Source: Acidilobaceae archaeon (GTDB lineage Archaea; Thermoproteota; Thermoprotei_A; Sulfolobales; Acidilobaceae). From it: a stretch of 50,579 bases of DNA. The stretch covers positions 1-50,579 of the forward strand of contig JALVJB010000197.1 of assembly GCA_027034115.1 (NCBI GenBank). The letters are read 5' to 3'. Below, piece after piece: positions 30,068-37,061 of this stretch (position 1 is its first letter; each line of letters begins with the position of its first letter). Both the position numbers and the translations under genes were made by a program. The notes under the pieces were generated by a model. That model did not search any database. It saw only the letters and a list, made by a program, of their open reading frames with translations, and had not been told where the DNA came from.

Positions 30068-30355
30068 GTGCCAGCGATCGAGGTAGGGAGGCTCTGTGTT
30101 AAAATCTATGGGAGAGAGGCAGGCAGGAAGTGTGTAATAGTCGATATTATCGATGAGAACTTCGTACTCATCACCGGGCCTAAAAACCTAACCGGTGTTA
30201 GAAGAAGGAGAGCCAACATAGACCACATCGAGCCGCTGGACAAGAAAATAGACATAAGCAAGGGAGCAAGCGACGAGGAAGTAATGGATGCCCTAACAAA
30301 GGAGGGCCTAGTCCAATTCATGCAAGAAAGAATCAAGCCGGCCCCCGCCATCTAG
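30068..30355 (+). CDS. rpl14e: 50S ribosomal protein L14e
   Basis: [49 protein letters not shown] 30068 preferred. Confidence 0.96.
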   Translation: MPAIEVGRLCVKIYGREAGRKCVIVDIIDENFVLITGPKNLTGVRRRRANIDHIEPLDKKIDISKGASDEEVMDALTKEGLVQFMQERIKPAPAI

Positions 30356-30437
30356 ACGCCATGGCGGCTACCACGCTTCCTACCTATTATATTCCTCCCC
30401 GCAGTTAACACTCCTCAATACGGAGGAGAGGCTAGAT

Positions 30438-31539
30438 ATGGGCGAGGACGTAACGCGTAAAGGCCTACGGTTTATCGAGTCAATTAACGAATTCTGCGGC
30501 TATAAGAGGAAATGGCTCGTAAAGCATGACGAGCCAACTGATCCAAGATATGGTTTCCTCCCACCCGAGAGACCGCTCGACAAGTATATCGAGTACGGCG
30601 TGATAAACCTAGATAAGCCTCCTGGGCCGACGAGCCACGAGGTAGTCGCCTGGATAAAGAGGATGTTTGGGATTGAGAGGGCGGGCCATGGGGGGACCCT
30701 AGAGCCTAGCCAGCTCGCTGAGTAGGCTGGCTTGGCGGGGAGACCCTAAGGTAACAGGAGTACTACCCGTGGCCCTCAAGCGGATGACGAGAGTAGTCGG
30801 GAGCATCATCCACAGTGACAAGGAGTACATATGTGTAATGCAGCTCCACAAGCCAGTAAGCGAGGAAGCCCTTAGGAGAGCCCTATCAGAGCTAGCCGGG
30901 ACGATATACCAGAGGCCCCCGCTGCGGAGTAGCGTTAAAAGAGCCCTTAGGACTAAGAAAGTGTACGAGATAGAACTACTCGAGTATACTGGGAAATACG
31001 CTCTCCTAAGAATATGGAGCGAGGCAGGAACCTACATGAGGAAGATCTGCTGGGACGCTGGCCTAATCCTAGGCGTTGGAGCCCACATGAGAGAGCTCAG
31101 GAGAATACGGACCGGTCCCTTCCATGAAGACAGGAACCTAGTAACAATGCTAGACGTGGCTATAGCCCTCCTACGCTACCGGGAGGAGGGTAAGGAAGAC
31201 CTACTCAGGAAGGTGATCCTACCCGGGGAGTACTCAGTGTGTCACATACCCAAGGTCGTAGTGCGAGACAGTGCGGTAGAGAGTATTGTTCACGGAGCCC
31301 AACTAGCAGTACCGGGCGTGGCAAGGGTTCAGGAGGGAATACGCAGGGGTGATACCGTTGCCCTCCTCACTCTTAAGGGCGAGTTAATAGCGCTAGCCCG
31401 GGCCGAGATGTCTAGTGAGGAGGTAATAGAGAATGAAAAAGGGATAGCCTTCAGGCCGACCCGCGTTATAATGGAGCCAGGACTCTACCCCCGCATGTGG
31501 AAGAAGAAGGACGAGGGTCCCCCAGATGGGCTGTCGTGA
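30438..31539 (+). CDS. cbf5: H/ACA RNA-guided pseudouridine synthase Cbf5, split by an intron: join(30438..30702,30743..31539), 353 aa
   Basis: Exon 1 [11 protein letters not shown]...GHGGTL; exon 2 [38 protein letters not shown] domain; removing 40 nt restores [15 protein letters not shown]. Confidence 0.95.
30703..30742 (+). other. Archaeal BHB-type pre-mRNA intron in cbf5 (40 nt)
   Basis: AGCCTAGCCAGCTCGCTGAGTAGGCTGGCTTGGCGGGGAG folds as GCC-U-AGCCAGC/GCUGGCU-U-GGC; central helix CCCU/GGGG with AG^A at both junctions; contains in-frame TAG. Confidence 0.92.
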
Positions 31540-32269
31540 GGGGGGCGATGAGGATTCTGCTGGGAAGTGGAAAAGCCTGGCGAGGAGAGTACTCCTCCTA
31601 TTAGTCCTAGCCCTAGTAATGTGGGGCTACGAGTATTCTAGGGCGATAGCGGCGAAGATTAGCCCGGAGGTCCACTATACAACCCTCCTGTGGTTCGAGG
31701 AGAAGCTATTTGGAACCCCTCTAATCGTGTTCTTTCAAGCGCACAGGACAGCGGTCTTAGACTACTTATTCTCCGGTGTGTACTCGCTACACCCAGCATA
31801 CATAGTACTACTCCTCCTATACCTTCTAGCGAGAAAGGAGAAGCTATACATCCACGCCATAATAAGTGTAGGGTTTGCCGGGCTCATAGCAGTAGTATGT
31901 TACGTGCTCTGCCCGGTGGCACCACCGTGGATAGCAGTACCCGGGATAACAAGAATACAGAATCCTATCCTGGTATACCTCGGAAGAGGCCATAGCATCG
32001 ATCCCAACCCCTACGCTGCCATGCCAAGCATGCACGTGGCCTCAGCCGTACTAGTAGGGTACTATCTCATGAGAGCATTCCCAGGCTCGTTTATAGCGAA
32101 GATAATAACATATTTAATTATAATATTAATGCCGATAGCAGTTATCTATACGGGCAACCACTACCTCCTCGACGTTATAGCCGGCCTCATAGTAGCCTAC
32201 GTAAGCTTAGAGATAGCGGATCTAGCTGTGGATAAACTCTCTCAGAGGCACCATGGGAACTTCCAGTGA
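31526..32269 (+). CDS. PAP2-superfamily membrane protein, Aur1/inositol-phosphorylceramide-synthase-like
   Basis: [22 protein letters not shown] motifs, several transmembrane helices. Confidence 0.85.
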   Translation: MGCREGGDEDSAGKWKSLARRVLLLLVLALVMWGYEYSRAIAAKISPEVHYTTLLWFEEKLFGTPLIVFFQAHRTAVLDYLFSGVYSLHPAYIVLLLLYLLARKEKLYIHAIISVGFAGLIAVVCYVLCPVAPPWIAVPGITRIQNPILVYLGRGHSIDPNPYAAMPSMHVASAVLVGYYLMRAFPGSFIAKIITYLIIILMPIAVIYTGNHYLLDVIAGLIVAYVSLEIADLAVDKLSQRHHGNFQ

Positions 32270-33061
32270 ATCGATACCAGCATTGCTAGCAATGACTAGT
32301 ACAGCGCTCTCCCCTCTTCCGAGAGTAACGTTAAGAGCGTATGAAGTAGAATTAAAATTATTATTAAATATATTTATAGTTATTTTGCTAATAGTTAATG
32401 ACTGCTCAATATCGGTTCCCGGCACCGGTATATAATGGCACCCACCGGATAGATTACCTATATATTCATAGTATATAATATCATTCCACGAAAAAATCTT
32501 TGTATCGAAGTAGGCACTGGTATTAGAGCACAGCTCTACTACATAATCTCCCTGCGTGCTTGAGACGTTGAATTCTAGATCTAAAGGAAGAATTATTCCT
32601 TTATTTGGAGGTAATTGGAAAGTATAGTTTTTATGTGCAATAATGGTAATATTCTCGGTGGAACTAAAATTTATTGAATTTTTATATTTATATGTAAGAT
32701 AGATGTTTTTATTGTAATCAGTTTCTTCAAGCATGATTTGATTTATAGAAATATTTAATTTTATTATTGAGATAGAATATCTGGGAGCTGTTACTCCTTT
32801 AAGGAGGAGAGGTATTGGTATTGTATTATTTTTATATATAATTGATATATTATTTATATATAATATATCCTTGTTTTTTGTATTATTTATATATATTTTA
32901 CAAATAATATTGTGTTGGTCGTACAGGCAAAAGCCCTTAATGTTATATGAGCGAGTTTCCTTCTCCTCTACTTGATTATTGGAGTAATTATATATTATGA
33001 TTAATAGTGAAAATATTATAATTAATGTGAATACAGCGGTATATGTAATTTTTTTATTCAT
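32222..33061 (-). CDS. Hypothetical AT-rich membrane-anchored, probably N-glycosylated surface protein
   Basis: Open frame across very AT-rich DNA; MNKK plus hydrophobic helix; 13 N-x-S/T sequons by manual count; start ATG 33061 or 33079 (the ORF-track start runs through the tRNA). Confidence 0.65.
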   Translation of the reverse strand: MNKKITYTAVFTLIIIFSLLIIIYNYSNNQVEEKETRSYNIKGFCLYDQHNIICKIYINNTKNKDILYINNISIIYKNNTIPIPLLLKGVTAPRYSISIIKLNISINQIMLEETDYNKNIYLTYKYKNSINFSSTENITIIAHKNYTFQLPPNKGIILPLDLEFNVSSTQGDYVVELCSNTSAYFDTKIFSWNDIIYYEYIGNLSGGCHYIPVPGTDIEQSLTISKITINIFNNNFNSTSYALNVTLGRGESAVLVIASNAGIDSLEVPMVPLREFIHS

Positions 33062-33098
33062 TATTGACACCGTTATCATCGTTTTAATTATAGCTGGT

Positions 33099-33187
33099 TG
33101 GCGCCGGGGGCGGGATTCGAACCCGCGCCCCCCAGACGGGGGAACGGGTCTCAAGCCCGTCCCCTTGGTCCGCTCGGGCACCCCGGC
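33099..33187 (-). tRNA. tRNA-Ser(UGA), CCA encoded
   Basis: GCCGGGG...ACGGG CT TGA GA CCCGT, long variable arm CCCCC-GTCT-GGGGG, GGGTTCGAATCCC, discriminator G, CCA. Confidence 0.95.
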
Positions 33188-33252
33188 GCCCATCTAGACG
33201 GCTCATTGTATAATACTCGGGTGCTACGGGTTTATCTATAATTCTCCTCGTT

Positions 33253-33693
33253 CTAGGTGACTATCAAAAGGTCTATTGGTGATTTTTCAAGTACTTTTTT
33301 TGTGACGCTTCCTAGTATGAATCTTTCGAGCCCTGATAGTTTCCGCTTGCCGAGGACAACTAGGTCGTAACCGTTATCCACTGCGTACTCTACCAGCTCG
33401 TCGCCAGGCTCGCCGATTATAACATCGTAGTTTACTTTTAATCCTTCTCTACTCGCTTTTAGCTTCTCAGCAAGCTGCCCTAGTTTCTCCCTAGTTGCCT
33501 CGGCTAACGGAGAGGTGTCGATGATTTCCGGGGTTAGTAGTTCGCCTAAGAACACTGTTGGGGGAGGAACTACGGTAAGCAGGGTTAACTCTGCTTCCAT
33601 CTTATAGGCTAAGTCCGCTGCTCTCTCGGCAGCTTTGAGTGAAGCATTGCTCCAATCTATCCCGACTAGTATTTTCTTATACACTTCCGCCAC
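33253..33693 (-). CDS. Universal stress protein (UspA family)
   Basis: KKILVGIDWS, DLVVLG.R..SGLERFILGSVT.KVL. Confidence 0.92.
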   Translation of the reverse strand: MAEVYKKILVGIDWSNASLKAAERAADLAYKMEAELTLLTVVPPPTVFLGELLTPEIIDTSPLAEATREKLGQLAEKLKASREGLKVNYDVIIGEPGDELVEYAVDNGYDLVVLGKRKLSGLERFILGSVTKKVLEKSPIDLLIVT

Positions 33694-33727
33694 CGTCTAT
33701 TAAGGTCGTGGTGCTGGTGGTATAAGT

Positions 33728-33800
33728 ATGGCCCCTGTGAGGACCGCCACGCGCCCGAGCGTACTATGTGTGAGGAGGGTCCGTGTTACTGAGGGGCCAT
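33728..33800 (+). ncRNA. Box C/D methylation-guide sRNA 1
   Basis: 8-bp terminal stem ATGGCCCC/GGGGCCAT; C GTGAGGA (33737-43), guide CCGCCACGCGC, D' CCGA, C' GTGAGGA (33770-76), guide GGGTCCGTGTTA, D CTGA (33789-92). Confidence 0.82.
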
Positions 33801-33802
33801 TC

Positions 33803-33862
33803 GGGGATGATGTAATCGAGGTAAACGGACTAGGCTATGGCGAGGTTATCCCCGACTGACCC
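33803..33862 (+). ncRNA. Box C/D methylation-guide sRNA 2
   Basis: GGG/CCC ends; C ATGATGT, 12-nt guide AATCGAGGTAAA, D' CGGA, C' ATGGCGA, 12-nt guide GGTTATCCCCGA, D CTGA (33856-59). Confidence 0.8.
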
Positions 33863-33882
33863 AGTATGGCGGTGACGGTGGT

Positions 33883-34401
33883 ATGCCTGTTAGGTGTAAG
33901 AGGTACGTGGTTGCAAGGGGCTATATAAGAGGGGAGGCGCCGTTAACGAAGAGCCTACGCGAGATTATCAATAGTGGAGGGAGGTTTCTGTGGAAAGATG
34001 AGATAAGCCGCCGGGTCGTGTTCAGGATTAGCCCTAAGAAGCTATTACAGGAGAGGTTTGACTTCGGCGAATTCACGTATGAATACAACCTTTTATGCAT
34101 TGGTGTCGATAAACAATTATTATTAAGAAAAAAGAAGATAAAAATAATTAATAAGAGTGGCCGAAGGATCGTGGCTTATGCGGTGATAGCTGGAAGATAC
34201 GTTTTACTAGAACTAAAAAATAATAAATTATATGTTAAAATTGGAGTGAAGAGCACAGTGGATAAACCACCGTTAATCCTCCCCCCGTCGGCATTCCTTC
34301 TGCGGTTAGAGGACTTAGCAGAAATCGAAGATAATTTAAATATAATAAGGGGAGAATTAATGGGTGGTGGAGGATGCAAGCCGCGGGAGCGGACTTCGTG
34401 A
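33883..34401 (+). CDS. Hypothetical basic protein
   Basis: 172-aa ORF with GGTGG ribosome-binding site, overlapping the next gene. Confidence 0.6.
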   Translation: MPVRCKRYVVARGYIRGEAPLTKSLREIINSGGRFLWKDEISRRVVFRISPKKLLQERFDFGEFTYEYNLLCIGVDKQLLLRKKKIKIINKSGRRIVAYAVIAGRYVLLELKNNKLYVKIGVKSTVDKPPLILPPSAFLLRLEDLAEIEDNLNIIRGELMGGGGCKPRERTS

Positions 34402-35699
34402 TAGACATAATCATAGCCCTACTGGGCGGCGTACTTATAGGCCTCGAAAGAGAGAGAGCTCAGCTGAGGCCGGATAAGGAGCCGTCTAAAACCGCTACGA
34501 TGCCGGGAATGAGATCCTTCGGCCTCCTTAGCATGTACGGGGCGACCGTCGCATACTTTGCAAAATACCTTGCCGGCGGACTATCGGGGGGCTCTACCAT
34601 TCTGCCAATAGCCTTCTCAAGCTTCGCCCTGATAGTAATAGTCCATGCCTACGCTAGAATGGTTAAACAGAGGGTCCTCGGTATAACAACATACCTAGTG
34701 ATGCTAATAACATTCCTAGTAGGTTTCCTCGCTGGCTTAGGACTACACTTAGAATCGGCCTCGCTCAGCGTGCTAGTCACACTTATACTAGCCCTAAAGT
34801 ATCCGGCTGAGAGGATGGCTGCAAGCATAAGCTACAGCGAGATGCTAGCCCTACTCGAGGTAGCAGCCATATCCCTAGTCGTGGGCCCCATAGTTAAATC
34901 CTACGCGGAAGCGCAAAACGTTGAGATACTATACAAGGTCTATATATTCTTCACAATAATCCTAACAATATCTTTCATAAGCTACGTTGCCGCCCGAGTA
35001 TGGGGCTCCAAGGGGCTACTCTATGCTGCGGCCCTGGGTAGCTTAGTTAACAGTGAGGCGACGATCAGCAGTGTTACATCAATAATATCGAAACTCCAGG
35101 ATAAAGCCCTAAGAAGCAAGCTGTTATCAGCCACGACGAGGATAATACTCTCAATATTACAGGTCAAAAGCGCTGCACTTGTAATAGTAGCCTTCTACCT
35201 GTTCGCGGAGAATATACCTGTTGAAGCTATCCTGGCTGCCGGAATACTAACGCTTGCAGATATAATAGCTGCATTGATGGGGGTAGAATATGACGTCGGG
35301 GCTATGGAGGGTGTTAGAATAGAAGTTAAGAGCCCCCTATCTTGGAGCGTGGCTCTAAGGAGTGCAATAGCTTACTTTTTGCTTATACTAGTCTTCGACG
35401 CTTTGAGCAAGCTTAGCGGGACACTACCACTCGATCTAACCACGGTTATTGTCGCCGCCCTGGGCGGGCTCGCTAATGCCACTGCAACTATACTCTCCCT
35501 CGCAACCGTGTATTCATCAATAAAAGTGAAAATAATATTATTATCAATGTTTATATCCATTGCCACCGCTTCACTAAACAAGATCCTATACGCCGATACT
35601 AGCGAGCTAGCGAGGGACGAAGTCAACGTGATAATCAAGTGGAGCCTAATACTATCGTTGTTCCCTCTACTCGTAGGCATCCTTGTATACACAATCTAG
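34374..35699 (+). CDS. MgtC/SapB family membrane protein with DUF4010
   Basis: GVLIGLERE, GMRSFGL, LGITT, SFISYVA, GSLVNSEAT; many transmembrane helices. Confidence 0.85.
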   Translation: MQAAGADFVIDIIIALLGGVLIGLERERAQLRPDKEPSKTATMPGMRSFGLLSMYGATVAYFAKYLAGGLSGGSTILPIAFSSFALIVIVHAYARMVKQRVLGITTYLVMLITFLVGFLAGLGLHLESASLSVLVTLILALKYPAERMAASISYSEMLALLEVAAISLVVGPIVKSYAEAQNVEILYKVYIFFTIILTISFISYVAARVWGSKGLLYAAALGSLVNSEATISSVTSIISKLQDKALRSKLLSATTRIILSILQVKSAALVIVAFYLFAENIPVEAILAAGILTLADIIAALMGVEYDVGAMEGVRIEVKSPLSWSVALRSAIAYFLLILVFDALSKLSGTLPLDLTTVIVAALGGLANATATILSLATVYSSIKVKIILLSMFISIATASLNKILYADTSELARDEVNVIIKWSLILSLFPLLVGILVYTI

Positions 35700-35724
35700 A
35701 CCTAGCCTAGTTAGAACTAGGATG

Positions 35725-35812
35725 TGGTGCGGGGGGTGGGATTTGAACCCACGCAGGCCTACGCCATCGGGTCCTCAGCCCGACCCCTTTGGCCAGGCTC
35801 GGGCACCCCCGC
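35725..35812 (-). tRNA. tRNA-Leu(GAG), CCA encoded
   Basis: GCGGGGG...TCGGG CT GAG GA CCCGA...GGGTTCAAATCCC...CCCCCGC A CCA. Confidence 0.96.
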
Positions 35813-35877
35813 CTGCTCTCCTAGATACCCGGTGTATGGGTGAATATGGGCTCCGGTGTTTATAGAGGTTACGCGCC

Positions 35878-36564
35878 CTACTCCTCTAGTTCAGGCTCTT
35901 CTTCCTCGACCTCTAATAGTGCGAGTATCTCGTTTACAACTTTCTGTGCTTCCCTTCTCTCGCTGTTGCGTCCTTGGGAGATTATCCTGGATATGTTCTC
36001 CGAGATATACTGGTCTAGGTCTCCCTCGTATTCTATTATGGTCCTGCGCAGTACTATCGGCGTGGGCTCAGTGATAGCTCCTCTTATAACTGCTCTATGA
36101 TCGACTGGAGTGACGAGGATCGCTCCCACGTCTAGGTCTCCGTACTTAACTCTGTAAACTACGTCCCCGGTGTCAGTCTCACCGAGTTTCTCGACAGTAA
36201 GCTGGATCTCGCCCTTCATGTATTCCTCAGCGGTTTCTATGGCTTCTTTTACTAGAGGCTCGATTTCTTCGTCAGGGACTCTTCTCCAAACTTGGATCGT
36301 TAGCGTGTCCAGCTTCCACTTAATATTAGGGGGTTCTACCTCGTATTCAACGATTATTCTAACAACATCACCTTTGTCCACGTGGAGTTTATTGACGAGG
36401 ATTTCAAAGAGGAGCCTGTTAAGCTCTGCCGCCGCCTTAGCGACGTCAGAGTTACTCAGCCTCCCAGACTTCACCTCATCCCTTAATTGCGCGAATAGAA
36501 CCCTTCTAACCTTGTCAGCGTAGCCTCCCGCAATTACAAGCCCGGATCTCAGGGTGTAAGGCAT
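35878..36564 (-). CDS. DUF2258 / ThermoDBP-related single-stranded nucleic-acid-binding protein (long, RP2-like form)
   Basis: LRSGLVIAGGYADKVRRVLFAQ, AAAELNRLLFEIL, KGDVVRI.VEY plus an extra C-terminal domain; ATG 36564 preferred. Confidence 0.82.
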   Translation of the reverse strand: MPYTLRSGLVIAGGYADKVRRVLFAQLRDEVKSGRLSNSDVAKAAAELNRLLFEILVNKLHVDKGDVVRIIVEYEVEPPNIKWKLDTLTIQVWRRVPDEEIEPLVKEAIETAEEYMKGEIQLTVEKLGETDTGDVVYRVKYGDLDVGAILVTPVDHRAVIRGAITEPTPIVLRRTIIEYEGDLDQYISENISRIISQGRNSERREAQKVVNEILALLEVEEEEPELEE

Positions 36565-36700
36565 TATAAGACACCATATTGTCATTATTAGTTATCTGGA
36601 CTTTTATGCTTTAAGAGAAAGCTCCTAGTATTTTAGCCCGACGGAAGGCCTACACCTATAATCAGCCCGGTGCCTACGGGCCCCACATGGTGGGGCCCGG

Positions 36701-37036
36701 ATGAAGAGCCGACCACCGTCAGGCGGAGCCGCCTCTAGCGGTAATGACGGCGAGGAACACTCGAGGAGATGCTATAATTGTGAATACTGGAGGCCACACG
36801 TCCACTATCCTTATATAGGCTACTGCGTGTTACACCAGAAGTTCACAATGGATACTGATACATGTGATAACTGGACTCCTTTAAAAATAAGAGAAGGGGA
36901 CTTCTACTGGTGTTCAACCTGCAAGACTAGAATAACAGGGGAGGAGGCCCGCAAGCTACTCGAAAAGGGCCATAGGGTGCATAGAGGCGCCTACGTTGAC
37001 CCGGACGTTAGGGAGGAGCTATATAGTGTGTTTTAA
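36701..37036 (+). CDS. Small Cys/His-rich putative zinc-binding protein
   Basis: CYNC..W...GYC..H...C..W and WCSTC...H motifs; immediately upstream of the oxidoreductase genes. Confidence 0.7.
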   Translation: MKSRPPSGGAASSGNDGEEHSRRCYNCEYWRPHVHYPYIGYCVLHQKFTMDTDTCDNWTPLKIREGDFYWCSTCKTRITGEEARKLLEKGHRVHRGAYVDPDVREELYSVF

Positions 37037-37061
37037 CCTATATGTGAGGTGAGTGGTGTAA

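Noticed and set aside
30438..31539. cbf5 as a frameshifted pseudogene or two separate genes
   Set aside because: A structured 40-nt insert with BHB junctions restores the catalytic motif exactly, and both halves are otherwise intact.
33099..33187. Selenocysteine or suppressor tRNA
   Set aside because: Anticodon UGA reads the Ser codon UCA; the acceptor stem is a normal 7 bp and the anticodon is not UCA.
33062..33193. N-terminal extension of ORF 32222..33193
   Set aside because: It reads through the tRNA-Ser gene; the real start is ATG 33061 or 33079.
36701..36765. Third C/D sRNA (ATGAAGA...CGGA...ATGACGG...TCGA)
   Set aside because: Guide spacing is irregular, there is no CTGA box D or terminal stem, and it overlaps the only plausible start of the Zn-finger gene.
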